A program made the position numbers and the translations under genes. The notes beneath the pieces are model-generated. The model had not been told where the DNA came from and made no database searches. It saw only the letters and a list, made by a program, of their open reading frames with translations. DNA of 64,000 nucleotides from a bacterium (GTDB taxonomy: Bacteria > UBA8248): contig OY843592.1 of NCBI GenBank assembly GCA_963692865.2, forward strand, positions 2,816,001-2,880,000. The letters are read 5' to 3'. Positions 9,915 to 19,436 of this stretch are shown piece by piece; the first letter of the stretch is position 1; every line of letters starts with the position of its first letter.

Positions 9915-10758
9915 CGTCAGGCTCCAGCAAGATATTGTCGATAAGTCTGGTTTCGCCGATATAGGCCGCCACGGCCATCCGGGCGGCGCCGCTTATTTCC
10001 TCCACCCTTTCGAGCGTCGCCGGGTCCACGATTTCCACGTAATCGACCCGGGAACCGGCATTTTCGAGTTCATCCACGCAAGCCCGGATGACGGCGGCGG
10101 AAATCCGCTCCCCGGACGCCACCTTCTTCTTCGCGTCGAACAAGGCGGCGCTGATGGCGCGCGCGCGCGTGCGCTCCCCGTCCGTTAAATAGGCGTTCCG
10201 GCTGCTGAGCGCCACCCCGTCGTCCTCACGGACTATCGGGCAGGGCGCAATCTCGACGCCCAGATCCAGGTCGCGCGCCATCCGGCGGATCAGGACGAGC
10301 TGCTGGTAGTCCTTCTCTCCGAAATAGGCCCGGTGCGGGAGACACGCGGAGAACAGCTTGAGCACGACCGTGGCGACGCCCCGGAAATGCCCCACTCGAT
10401 GCGCTCCGCAAAGAGGCGCGCCCAGGCCGGGCACGTCCACCCAGGTGTCGTATCCGCCGGGGTACATCGAACTCGCCCTGGGCGCATAGACGATGGCCAC
10501 GCCCATCTCCCGGCAGGCCTCCAAATCCGCCTCGAAAGTTCTCGGATAAGTGTCGTAATCCTCGCCCGCCGCGAACTGGGCCGGGTTCACGAAGATGCTT
10601 ACGACCACGGCGCCGCACTCCGCCGCCGCGCGGGCGATGAGGCTTTTGTGGCCCGCATGAAGCGCGCCCATGGTGGGAACCAGGCCGAGCGGCGCGTCGT
10701 CGCGCCTGAGCGTTTCGGCCAGATCGCGCATATTTCGAGGCGTATCGACGACTTTCAT
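9904..10758 (-). CDS. panC: Pantoate--beta-alanine ligase
   Basis: VPTMGALHAGH, FGEKDYQQL, LSSRN, RLIDN. Confidence 0.97.
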   Translation of the reverse strand: MKVVDTPRNMRDLAETLRRDDAPLGLVPTMGALHAGHKSLIARAAAECGAVVVSIFVNPAQFAAGEDYDTYPRTFEADLEACREMGVAIVYAPRASSMYPGGYDTWVDVPGLGAPLCGAHRVGHFRGVATVVLKLFSACLPHRAYFGEKDYQQLVLIRRMARDLDLGVEIAPCPIVREDDGVALSSRNAYLTDGERTRARAISAALFDAKKKVASGERISAAVIRACVDELENAGSRVDYVEIVDPATLERVEEISGAARMAVAAYIGETRLIDNILLEPDDEA

Positions 10759-10851
10759 CGGAAATCACCGGGGAAACGGGCGGCGTGCGCCTGAGCGGGC
10801 GGCGGTGGGGTATCTTCTCAAAATTTCAATGGGAAAAACAAGGCTAAAAAA

Positions 10852-11520
10852 GAGGGTTGTTGAATATCCCTCTGACGACAGGGAACGGCTTTCTCAATCG
10901 GCATGCGCCTATGAGATGACTCCCCCCTTGAGGGTCGTTTCCGACCGGGTAGCGAAAAACCACTCCTCCCTTGGGGATAAGGCTCAATCAACGAGAGAGG
11001 AAATTCACTCCCCCCTTGAGGGGGAGTCGAAGAGCTGAGGGCGTAAACCCGAAAGCGATTCGGTGGGGGGTAGAATTCGGAATGGCGATAAAACGCATTT
11101 TACCCCCCACCGCATCAGCCTTCGCAAAAACCGCTCGGCTTCATCGTTGGGCTTTCCCCTCGGGAAGCCCAACCCTCAAGGGGGGAGTGGTTCTTCTCTC
11201 TCGTCTGTTGATTCCAAACGCCGAACCACAAAACCGGGACTTTTTCAACAGCCCCGACAAGGGGGGGGTAGGGGGGTTGGTTTTCAGGGCTGAGGAATGA
11301 CGGCGCGTGGCCAGCTCCATCGGCGGATGAAAATGGATTCCGGCTTTCGCCGGAATGACGACGGTGATCGGTTCCGACCGATGAGGAAGGTCGAACCCGA
11401 TTGGTGAATGAGGGTTCGACCAAGCGGGGCCGGCTTTTTCAACAGCCCCCTCAAGAGGGGAGTGAACTTCAAAAGCGTGCGCGCAACCGAAAGCACTTCA
11501 CGGGCTTTTTCAACAACCCC
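10852..11520. repeat. Mosaic of palindromic repeats and IS-like ends between folK and panC
   Basis: CCCCCCTTGAGGGGG/CCCTCAAGGGGGG arms (about 11006-11190), single CGTC REP arm 11334-11360, TTTTTCAACA(G/A)CC ends at 11236, 11432, 11502, opposite end at 10855. Confidence 0.8.
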
Positions 11521-11555
11521 AAGCAAAGGGTTGTCTCGGCGAGGCGGCGCAGGCT

Positions 11556-12065
11556 TCAGGGGGATTCCGGTTCCAGCTTCTCGACCCAGAAATCCCCGGC
11601 GGGAAGCTCGGCCAGCAGTTCGGAGACGGATTTCCGGATGACGGGATGCACGAAGCCGGGCGCGATTTCGGCCAGGGGCGCGAGGACGAAGCGCCTCTCG
11701 TGAAGTCTCGGATGCGGCGCTTCCAGTCCCTTCTCATCGATGACGGCGTCGCCGTAGAAGAGCAGATCCAGGTCGATCACCCGGGGGCCCCACCGCTCCT
11801 TTCTCACGCGCCCCATCTTTTCTTCAATATCCAGGAGAAGCGCGAGCAGGTCGTGCGGGCCGATTCCGGGTTCGATCTCGAAAACGGCGTTGATGAAGGG
11901 AGGCTGCTCGACGGGACCGACCGGCTGCGTGCGGTACAGGGACGAGGCGCCGAGAAATTTTATCCCCGGGCTTCGGCGCAATTCCTCCCGGGCCTGCCTG
12001 ATCCGGCGGACCGGCTCGCCGAGGTTCGCGCCCGCGCCGATGAAAGCACGCGCCTTATCGTTCAA
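11556..12065 (-). CDS. folK: 6-hydroxymethyl-7,8-dihydropterin pyrophosphokinase
   Basis: [37 protein letters not shown]; TTG start overlapping dapL stop. Confidence 0.95.
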   Translation of the reverse strand: MNDKARAFIGAGANLGEPVRRIRQAREELRRSPGIKFLGASSLYRTQPVGPVEQPPFINAVFEIEPGIGPHDLLALLLDIEEKMGRVRKERWGPRVIDLDLLFYGDAVIDEKGLEAPHPRLHERRFVLAPLAEIAPGFVHPVIRKSVSELLAELPAGDFWVEKLEPESP

Positions 12066-13237
12066 AAGCCCGCCTTCTCGATTCTCTCCAACGCTTCGGT
12101 GAGCCTGGCTTCCGGAACCGTCAGGGCGAAGCGGATATATCCCTCGCCTGAGGGACCGAAGCCGTTGCCCGGAGTAGTGACGACGCCGCAGTTTCTGAGA
12201 ACGTGCGCGGTGAACTCGGCCGACGTGAAGCCCTCGGGACACCGCACCCAGACGTAGAACGTGGCTTTGGGCGTATTCGCCTCTAAGCCAAGTTTTTTGA
12301 GGCCCTCCATCACGACGTCGCGCCTGCCCTGGTAGATCTTCCGCATTTCGGCCACGCAGGCCTGGTCCGCGCTCATCGCCTTGATGCCCGCTTCCTGCAC
12401 CGCGCCGAACACGCCTGAATCCACGTTCGTCTTGATGGCGCCGAGACCGGCGAGGACTTCCGCGTTACCCACCGCGCTGGCGATACGCCAGCCCGTCATG
12501 TTGTAGGTCTTGGAGCACGAGTGGAACTCGACGCCCACGTCCTTCGCGCCCTCCGCGTTCAGGAAGCTGATGGGCTCGTAGCCGTCAAAGGCCATCTCGG
12601 AGTAGGCGTTGTCGCTGCACACGATGATGTCGTGTGAGCGGGCGAACTCGACGAGCTCGTTGTAAAAATCCACTTCCGCGCAGGCGGCGGTGGGATTGTT
12701 CGGGTAGTTGATGAACATGAGCTTCGCGTTTTTCGCCACGTCGGAGGGAATCGCGCCCAGATCGGGCAGAAAATCGTTTTCCGCGGTCAGGGGCATGAAG
12801 TGCACCTTGCCGTCCGCGAAATAGGTGCCTATCTCGTAGACGGGATAGGCCGGGTCCGGCACGAGCACGTGGTCGCCCGGGTCCACGAACGCGAGCGGGA
12901 TGTGGGCGATGCCCTCTTTCGAGCCGATGAGCGAGATGACCTCGGAAGCCGGGTCGAGCGAAACCCCGAAACGCGAGCCGTACCAGTCGGCCACGGCCTT
13001 GCGGTAGGACGGCATGCCCTCGTAGGAGGGATACTGGTGGTTCGTGATCTTGCGCGAGGCCGCGTCGAGCTCTTCGATGATGTGATCGGGCGTCGGCAGG
13101 TCCGGGTCGCCGATGCCGAGGCTGATGATGTCCATTCCGGAGTCTGCGACTTCCGCCTTCATCCGGTCGATTTCCGCGAAGAGATAGGGAGGCAGGCGCT
13201 TCAGCCGGTGCGCGCGTTCGATGTTTATTGACGCCAT
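12062..13237 (-). CDS. dapL: LL-diaminopimelate aminotransferase
   Basis: [37 protein letters not shown] (PLP Lys); near dap genes. Confidence 0.85.
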   Translation of the reverse strand: MASINIERAHRLKRLPPYLFAEIDRMKAEVADSGMDIISLGIGDPDLPTPDHIIEELDAASRKITNHQYPSYEGMPSYRKAVADWYGSRFGVSLDPASEVISLIGSKEGIAHIPLAFVDPGDHVLVPDPAYPVYEIGTYFADGKVHFMPLTAENDFLPDLGAIPSDVAKNAKLMFINYPNNPTAACAEVDFYNELVEFARSHDIIVCSDNAYSEMAFDGYEPISFLNAEGAKDVGVEFHSCSKTYNMTGWRIASAVGNAEVLAGLGAIKTNVDSGVFGAVQEAGIKAMSADQACVAEMRKIYQGRRDVVMEGLKKLGLEANTPKATFYVWVRCPEGFTSAEFTAHVLRNCGVVTTPGNGFGPSGEGYIRFALTVPEARLTEALERIEKAGF

Positions 13238-13292
13238 GAAATTCCTCAAGGGTGATGTGGGACAGATATTTTCTTGTTCGTTACTTATGATA

Positions 13293-13305
13293 TATCAATC
13301 AGTTG
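13293..13305 (+). promoter_or_regulatory. IHF consensus site upstream of dapL
   Basis: TATCAATCAGTTG matches WATCAANNNNTTR, in AT-rich context. Confidence 0.45.
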
Positions 13306-13585
13306 CAAGGTTATACTCACACAGTTTCTTGCAAGCTGTTCAGCTTTCCAGATTCTATGAGCCGGAAACCTAGCACGGCTTGAAAATGACGGCAAGGTTT
13401 GGGGGTGGACGAAAGATATTCGTATCTCCCCCCCATTTCTGATCCCCAACCCCAAAAACCCACACCCCATCCCCCGCGCGGATTGTGTTTCCCCGAAAAA
13501 AAGTGCTAACATCCCCGCGTTCAAGTTCGCGCCTTGGAAGCGCGCAGCCCATTCGCCCGGAACCTAGCCTGAGGAGCGCATTCCG

Positions 13586-14554
13586 ATGACCCACGTCATC
13601 GCGGAACCATGCATCGACACCAAGGACACCGCGTGCGTAGACGTATGCCCGGTCGACTGCATCCACGAGGCGGCGGACGGCTCCAGCCCGATGCTCTATA
13701 TCGACCCGGTCGAGTGCATCGACTGCGCGGCCTGCGTGCCGGCCTGTCCGGTGGACGCCATTTTCGAGGAAAGCGACCTGCCCTCCCAGTGGTCGAAATA
13801 CACCCAGATAAACGCGGATTTCTTCGCGGGAGGCGGCGCGGCGGCGCCTGCGGCAGCGGCTACAGGCGGCGGAGCGGCGGCGGCCGCGCCTGCCAAGAAG
13901 GCGGCGCCCGAACCGGAACCCTTGCCCGAGCCTCTGGAGCTCACGCTGGAGGAGATGTACAAGGACCTCTCCGAGATGAGAGAGGACGTGGCCACCAACC
14001 GGGGCAGGGAAGACGAAGGGAGTCCGGCGAAGCGCTCCCCCACCCTCATATTCCTGGCCGCGGCGATCATACTCCTCATGGTCTACGGCATCTCGAACAA
14101 TTTTTCGAAATCCGTGAACACGAGCATCTACGGGAAGCTGAGCGCCTTCGCGCTGGGGGACAGGAAACCCACGCTCTCGGGGGGCGTCTACTCGGTCAAC
14201 CAGACGATCGGCGGCAAGAAATACACGATCGAGGTGTCCGATTCGATATTCGGCGGCAGGACGCTGCGCCTCCAGGCGCCGGCCGGGGCGTTCCAGCGGA
14301 TTTACCACAAGGACGAGAAATTCTTCTCGAACGTCGCGAACCAGTACAGCCGCTACTACTATATGTACGTGGACGAGAAGAGCGACGGCACGGTCGATTC
14401 CATCCTCCAGGTGCGCGAACTCTGGAGCAGGGAGAACCGCTTCCTGGGCCGCTACCACAACCCGGTGACGCCGAACGAGGAACTCCAGAAATCCTACCAG
14501 GAGGCGGCGAAAACGCTCGCCAAACAGATCGGGGTCGCAGAATCCGGCGCGTAG
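13586..14554 (+). CDS. Fusion: 7Fe-type ferredoxin + Ala/Pro linker + TM helix + unknown C-terminal domain
   Basis: EPCIDTKDTACVDVCPVDC...ECIDCAACVPACPVDAI; linker AAAPAAAA...PEPEPLPEP; TM LIFLAAAIILLMVYGI; GAGGAG RBS. Confidence 0.85.
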   Translation: MTHVIAEPCIDTKDTACVDVCPVDCIHEAADGSSPMLYIDPVECIDCAACVPACPVDAIFEESDLPSQWSKYTQINADFFAGGGAAAPAAAATGGGAAAAAPAKKAAPEPEPLPEPLELTLEEMYKDLSEMREDVATNRGREDEGSPAKRSPTLIFLAAAIILLMVYGISNNFSKSVNTSIYGKLSAFALGDRKPTLSGGVYSVNQTIGGKKYTIEVSDSIFGGRTLRLQAPAGAFQRIYHKDEKFFSNVANQYSRYYYMYVDEKSDGTVDSILQVRELWSRENRFLGRYHNPVTPNEELQKSYQEAAKTLAKQIGVAESGA

Positions 14555-14579
14555 GAGGGGCGCAGGCCTTACGGGCGCT

Positions 14580-14663
14580 GTATGTCGGACATATATGTCC
14601 GACATAAATGCGACCCTGTTTTTTCGCCTTCCAGCCATGGGCCGCATGATATGCGGCCCCTAC
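14580..14663. repeat. GTAG-type REP doublet between convergent genes
   Basis: Perfect 26-bp palindrome TATGTCGGACATATATGTCCGACATA plus GGGCCGCATGATATGCGGCCCCTAC; related copies at 20608-20690. Confidence 0.8.
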
Positions 14664-14732
14664 AGGCCCAATCCGACAAAGGCGGGATAGAAGCCTTCCT
14701 CAGTTTAGTCGCCCGGCGCGCAGGGCGGGCGG

Positions 14733-15860
14733 CTACAGCGACGCCAATTCCGAGCAGACGGCGCGAAGACGATCCGCCAGAAGGTCCCGGCGCCGAACCG
14801 CTTCCTCGTGCCTGACCGCCCACGCCTGGACGCCCTTGCTCGATACGTCTTCGGCGAAGCCGTCCTTCGAGAACTCGTCCACCCACCTCTCCAGTATCGC
14901 TTGCGACTCGTCGGGGAGTTCGTAGTCGTAGACGGCCGCCCCGAAAGTGAAGTCCCTCGTGCGCATCCATCCGGCGCCCGTCCGCGAATACAGCCAGGCG
15001 ACGCTGATCGGCCTCCGCCAGGCCGGGCATTTCGCCCGGATGCTCACCCCGGACGAGCCATAGAAAATCTCGCCGCCCGATTGCAACGCCGCATCCAGAA
15101 GGCGCTCCGCCACATCTCGCACTTTTACATCCGCAAACCCCTCCAGGAAGGAATCGCGCGTCAACCGACCGGACAGGCCGCGGGCCGGGGCGGCCGACGT
15201 CCTGCCGATGACCCGCGGCACGAGCGTCCGGGACGACCTGCCGTGGAACCGCTTGATCTCGACCGCCAGAACCTCGACGCCGGGCATCTGCGCGTTCAGG
15301 AACGCCACCACCCGCGCGAGCGGGTCGGGTATGGCGTCCGCCACGAACAGCAGGCGCAGACGCCTCGCCGCAAGGTTCGTGGAAACGCTCTCCCAGAAGC
15401 CCTCCACGTCGGGCTCTCCATCCGTCCGGAGCAGCGCCGCCAGCTCGTCCCGCGCATCGCGGCCCTGCGCAGCGGCCTGGGTCTCGAATGCGCCGCGCAA
15501 CTCCTCCGCCGACCAGACCTCCGAGGCGTGCGCCGCATACTCCAGAAGCTGTCCCACGATCGTGCGCCGTATTTCAGTGTTCGAACCGCGCTTCAACTCC
15601 ACCAGCGTCGGCACGGCGTCCTGGTCGATGATCAGGTGATCGACGGCCCACCTGGCGGCTTCGCCCGAAGATTCGGCGATGCCCTTCTCGCGGGTGACGA
15701 GTATCCAGCGGCGCGCGTCTCCGGGGCGGATCTGCTCGCCGTCGAGCAGTTCCGGGTGCTCGGCGATCAGCGCCTGGAAGTCGTCCTCGCTGGCAAACGG
15801 CGTCTCTTCGAGAATCTCCAGCGCGCCGTCATCGACCGATGTATAGATGCGTTCGGGCAT
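14733..15860 (-). CDS. PD-(D/E)xK nuclease-superfamily protein (NucS/DUF91-like N-terminus)
   Basis: SEDDFQ..HP, VDHLIIDQDAVPTLVELKR, VGQLLEYAA. Confidence 0.65.
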   Translation of the reverse strand: MPERIYTSVDDGALEILEETPFASEDDFQALIAEHPELLDGEQIRPGDARRWILVTREKGIAESSGEAARWAVDHLIIDQDAVPTLVELKRGSNTEIRRTIVGQLLEYAAHASEVWSAEELRGAFETQAAAQGRDARDELAALLRTDGEPDVEGFWESVSTNLAARRLRLLFVADAIPDPLARVVAFLNAQMPGVEVLAVEIKRFHGRSSRTLVPRVIGRTSAAPARGLSGRLTRDSFLEGFADVKVRDVAERLLDAALQSGGEIFYGSSGVSIRAKCPAWRRPISVAWLYSRTGAGWMRTRDFTFGAAVYDYELPDESQAILERWVDEFSKDGFAEDVSSKGVQAWAVRHEEAVRRRDLLADRLRAVCSELASL

Positions 15861-15924
15861 AATCCACTCCTCACCTGGACCCGGCGGCGGAATTCATCCT
15901 TGAACGGCGGCGCCAACCGACGGG

Positions 15925-16159
15925 AGAGTAGAGAACCACCCCCCCTTGAGGGGGCTGTTGAAAAAGTCCTCCTCGGTCGGTCGATTCCTCCCTCATTGGT
16001 CGGAATCGACCACCGCCGTCATTCCGGCGAAAGCCGGAATCCATTTTCAAGCAGAATGACAATGCTCCGGCTTTTCATCTCCTCGCCATTGGCGGGAGGC
16101 AATCAGAAAACAAAAAACAAAGGCAAAACAAATGGATTCCGGCTTTCGCCGGAATGACG
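15925..16159. repeat. Repeat mosaic: CCCCTTGAGGGG arm, IS-like end, GGTCGGAATCGACC unit, CGTC REP doublet
   Basis: REP arms 16017-16043 and 16133-16159; spacer homologous to 815-903 (inverted); left part homologous to 11330-11465 (inverted). Confidence 0.85.
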
Positions 16160-16203
16160 GTAATCTCGACTGGCGCGGTGTCAGGCATTGCCGCTTCCAG
16201 AAA

Positions 16204-16725
16204 TCAAAAATCCACCTTGTCCGCCTCGTCGGTTTCCGGGAAGGGCCCCTCCTTTATCTCGATGGCCTTCGTGCCCGCTTCCAGGAACTCGATGCGGTGG
16301 CCCTCGTACATGAGGATCATGTCGCCGGGCGCAAGCTCCACGTCGGCCGCATGGCCGCCCTCCTTGGCGTAGACGCCGATACGCATCCGGCCCGAGCGGC
16401 ATATCATGATCTGGTGGCGCGTCGTGTTGGCGGGGCGCTCCGTGACCTCATGATAGTGGGGGTTCACGACGGCGCCGGGGTTTCTGTTCAGCATGACGAT
16501 CTGGAGCGGGTTCTCGTCCGGCGTCATGTGGGCCTTCGTCCTCCGCTCGGTTTCGGGGTCGGCGCCCGAGTAGGCTTCCGCCAGATGGGCGCGCTCTTCT
16601 TCCGAATCCAGATAGGGCGGGAAGGCGGCGTAATCGTCAAAATCGTTTCGGATGACCAGCGCCAGCGTCCTCCCGTCCGCGGCCTTCACGTATTCGACGC
16701 CCGCCGCTTCGATTTCTCCAGCCAT
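16204..16725 (-). CDS. Cupin-fold protein of unknown function
   Basis: PHYH, LAPGDMILMYEGH, EIKEGPF motifs. Confidence 0.65.
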   Translation of the reverse strand: MAGEIEAAGVEYVKAADGRTLALVIRNDFDDYAAFPPYLDSEEERAHLAEAYSGADPETERRTKAHMTPDENPLQIVMLNRNPGAVVNPHYHEVTERPANTTRHQIMICRSGRMRIGVYAKEGGHAADVELAPGDMILMYEGHRIEFLEAGTKAIEIKEGPFPETDEADKVDF

Positions 16726-16769
16726 CAACGCATCTCCTCAAGATGTCGTGAACACACGGACAGCAAGCA

Positions 16770-17567
16770 TCAAAGCCCCAGCACGTCCGCCATGCCGTAG
16801 ATGCCGGGGGATTTGTCCGCCACCCAGCGGACGGCGCGAACCGCGCCCGCCGCGAAATTATCCCGGCTGCCGGCGCGGTGGGTGATCTCCACCCGCTCGC
16901 CCATGCCGAAGAAATAGACGGTGTGCTCGCCGGGAACGTCGCCGCCGCGCAGGGTCTGCATGCCGATGACGCCCTCGGGGCGCACGCCGGTATGGCCTTC
17001 GCGGTGAAACACCGCGTCTTCTGGATATTTTTTGCCCGCCACACGGGCGAGGATTTCGCCCATGCGCACCGCCGTTCCCGAGGGGGCGTCTATTTTCTGG
17101 TTGTGGTGAGTTTCGATTACCTCGATGTCGTAAGCCTCGCCCAGGAGCCGGGCGGCCTCTTCTATCAGGCGAAAGGAGACGTTCACCCCCACGCTCATGT
17201 TGGGCGCCAGGACGCAGGCGATTCTGTCGCCGAAGCCCGCTATCTCCTCGCGCTGCGCATCGCTGAATCCCGTGGTGCCGACGACGGCGGCCATCCCCTT
17301 CCCGGCCGCCAGGCGCGCGTGAGCGACGCTCGCTTCGGGGACCGCGAACGAGACGAGCACGTCGCCGCTCAAAGAAGCCGAATCGCTGGTGAGGGCGACG
17401 CCCATTTCCGCGCAACCTGCGTGCGCGCCCGCATCCGCGCCCAAAGCTTCAAACCCCTCGCGCTCCAGCGCGCCCGAGAGGGTGAGGTCGTCCGATGAGG
17501 CGATCTGGTGGATGATGCGGCCCCCCATCCTGCCGCCGGCTCCGGCCACGACGATTCGTATCGACAC
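16770..17567 (-). CDS. dapB: 4-hydroxy-tetrahydrodipicolinate reductase
   Basis: GAGGRMG, VGTTG, ETHHNQKIDAPSGTA. Confidence 0.97.
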   Translation of the reverse strand: MSIRIVVAGAGGRMGGRIIHQIASSDDLTLSGALEREGFEALGADAGAHAGCAEMGVALTSDSASLSGDVLVSFAVPEASVAHARLAAGKGMAAVVGTTGFSDAQREEIAGFGDRIACVLAPNMSVGVNVSFRLIEEAARLLGEAYDIEVIETHHNQKIDAPSGTAVRMGEILARVAGKKYPEDAVFHREGHTGVRPEGVIGMQTLRGGDVPGEHTVYFFGMGERVEITHRAGSRDNFAAGAVRAVRWVADKSPGIYGMADVLGL

Positions 17568-17598
17568 GGGATTCCCCTTCCCTGCTAAGGAATATCAA

Positions 17599-17647
17599 CA
17601 AGTCATTGATTGTAAAGTATTATACGCTTTACGCCCGAAAGTGGGAA
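17599..17647 (-). promoter_or_regulatory. Putative sigma70 promoter of dapB with adjacent IHF consensus
   Basis: Minus strand TTCCCA-N17-TATAAT (17647-17619) and AATCAATGACTTG (17611-17599). Confidence 0.45.
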
Positions 17648-17734
17648 CCTGCCTGCGTCATAAGGGGTGTTGGAAGAGGAAACGCGGAAACGCCCGCTTT
17701 TTGACGGCTTGTTTGATACTATAAGGCGACGAGG

Positions 17735-18358
17735 ATGTTCACTCTGGCGATACCGGCTTGGGGATTGGGACTTTTGGAAGCCCCGCAAGAAGAACACCAG
17801 GAGTCTTTCTGGATCAAGCGCTGCCAGAACGGCGACAGGGACGCTTTCGAGCCCCTGGTTCGCCAGAACGCAGGCAAAATCCAGCGCCTCGTGTGGGGGA
17901 TGCTCGGAGAACGCAGGGAAGACGCCGACGACGTCGTCCAGGAGATATTCATCAAGGCGTATCTCGCATTGCCCAAGTTCCGGGGAGACGCCAAGTTCTC
18001 CACCTGGGTCTACCGCATTGCGGTCAACCATTGCCGCGACTACCTGAAGCGCGGGGGGCCGCTGCCGCTGGAACTGAGCGAAGAGCAAGTCGCCGCTGAA
18101 CCCGCGCCGGAAGACGCGGAAGTGCAGGACGCGTTGCGCGAGATGCAGGAGAGGCGCGCGAGCGATGAACTCCAAAAGCTCCTCGCGCAATTGCCCGAAA
18201 AACATCGCCGGATCCTGGTGATGCGCGAACTCGAGGGAATGAGTTACGATGAGATAGGCGAAGTGCTCGAGATCAGGCCCGGCACGGTGCGCTCGAGGCT
18301 CAACAGGGCGCGCGCGGGTCTCATGCGCGCCGCCGAGAGCGCCCGGGAGGCGAAGTGA
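17735..18358 (+). CDS. ECF RNA polymerase sigma factor
   Basis: DADDVVQEIF, FSTWVYRIAVN, SYDEIGEVL..GTVRSRLNRAR; true start may be downstream. Confidence 0.92.
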   Translation: MFTLAIPAWGLGLLEAPQEEHQESFWIKRCQNGDRDAFEPLVRQNAGKIQRLVWGMLGERREDADDVVQEIFIKAYLALPKFRGDAKFSTWVYRIAVNHCRDYLKRGGPLPLELSEEQVAAEPAPEDAEVQDALREMQERRASDELQKLLAQLPEKHRRILVMRELEGMSYDEIGEVLEIRPGTVRSRLNRARAGLMRAAESAREAK

Positions 18359-18816
18359 TGCGCTGGTGGGAAAACATTCTGGGCAGAGGCCGGAACGCGC
18401 GGGACTGGGACGCTCCACGGCCCGAAGACGAGACGGTCGAGGAGCTCAAGGTCCTCTTCGAGGCCGCCCGCGAGGACGCGCCTGCGCCTGACGAGAAGCT
18501 CTGGGAAAAGCTGCGCCCCCGGCTCGCCGCCCATGAGGCGCAATCCGGCGGCGCCTTCTCCTTCGTCTCGGCATTGGCCGCGACGGGGCCGAGATTCGCC
18601 GCGGCGGCCCTGGGCGTCCTCCTCCTCGTTGCGGGCCTTTTCTGGAGCCAGGGCGTCGAGAGGCAGGCGCGCATCCCGGCTCCCAGGACGAATCTGGCGG
18701 TCAATCTGGACAGAAACCCCCTGAACCCCACCATTGTGATGGTCGGCAGCGCACTGGAAGCGCAATCGGGTCAGGACTTGCTCCGATACGTCGCCTACGG
18801 TTCGACGGGGCGTTAA
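18358..18816 (+). CDS. Putative single-TM anti-sigma factor
   Basis: Coupled to the sigma stop; one TM (AAAALGVLLLVAGLFW). Confidence 0.6.
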   Translation: MRWWENILGRGRNARDWDAPRPEDETVEELKVLFEAAREDAPAPDEKLWEKLRPRLAAHEAQSGGAFSFVSALAATGPRFAAAALGVLLLVAGLFWSQGVERQARIPAPRTNLAVNLDRNPLNPTIVMVGSALEAQSGQDLLRYVAYGSTGR

Positions 18817-18833
18817 CCGATGAGACGGAGACG

Positions 18834-19370
18834 ATGAAAAACTGGTTCACGAAAGATTTCATGAAGGCGTCGGCCGTGCTGTTGATCGTGTTCCTCGCGG
18901 GCGCGGGCACCGGCTACGTCGGCGGACGCAAATACGCGGAATACAAGCTCCACATGGAATACACCTCCCGCGTCCAGCCGTCCCGCATCGAAACCAAGGG
19001 ACTCTCGGCGTCCGGGGCCCGCTCCGTCCGCGCCGAACGCGCCGGAAGCGCAAGACGCCGCTCCAGAGGCGAGAGACGCTTCATGCGCCGGCTGGAGCGG
19101 GACTTGAACCTGAACCCCGCGCAACGCGAAAACGTGGATCGCGCGCTCCAGAATCATTACGAGCGGATACGCGACATCAGACGCAGCATGAGGCCCCGGA
19201 TCAACTCCATCATGCAGGAAATACGCCAGGACGTGCGCTCTTTCCTGGACGATGAGCAGAAAACGTCTTTCGACAGAATGGTCCAGAAATTCGAGGAAAG
19301 ACGCAAAAGGCGATGGAGGAAGTACAGAAAGCACCGCCCAGACGACCCGGCCGGTCAGTCGAGGAAGTAG
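18834..19370 (+). CDS. Membrane-anchored LTXXQ-like (periplasmic heavy-metal sensor-like) protein
   Basis: N-terminal TM; LNPAQ and LDDEQ motifs in a helical Arg-rich domain. Confidence 0.6.
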   Translation: MKNWFTKDFMKASAVLLIVFLAGAGTGYVGGRKYAEYKLHMEYTSRVQPSRIETKGLSASGARSVRAERAGSARRRSRGERRFMRRLERDLNLNPAQRENVDRALQNHYERIRDIRRSMRPRINSIMQEIRQDVRSFLDDEQKTSFDRMVQKFEERRKRRWRKYRKHRPDDPAGQSRK

Positions 19371-19436
19371 CAAGACGCAGCAGACGCACAGCGCCGCCAA
19401 AATGAAACACAAACGCCACACCGGAGGAAATCGAAC

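Noticed and set aside
8394-9944. Long antisense ORFs (also 14808-16157, 18813-20267, 52377-53657)
   Set aside because: Shadow frames of GC-rich genes on the opposite strand, with no recognisable motifs
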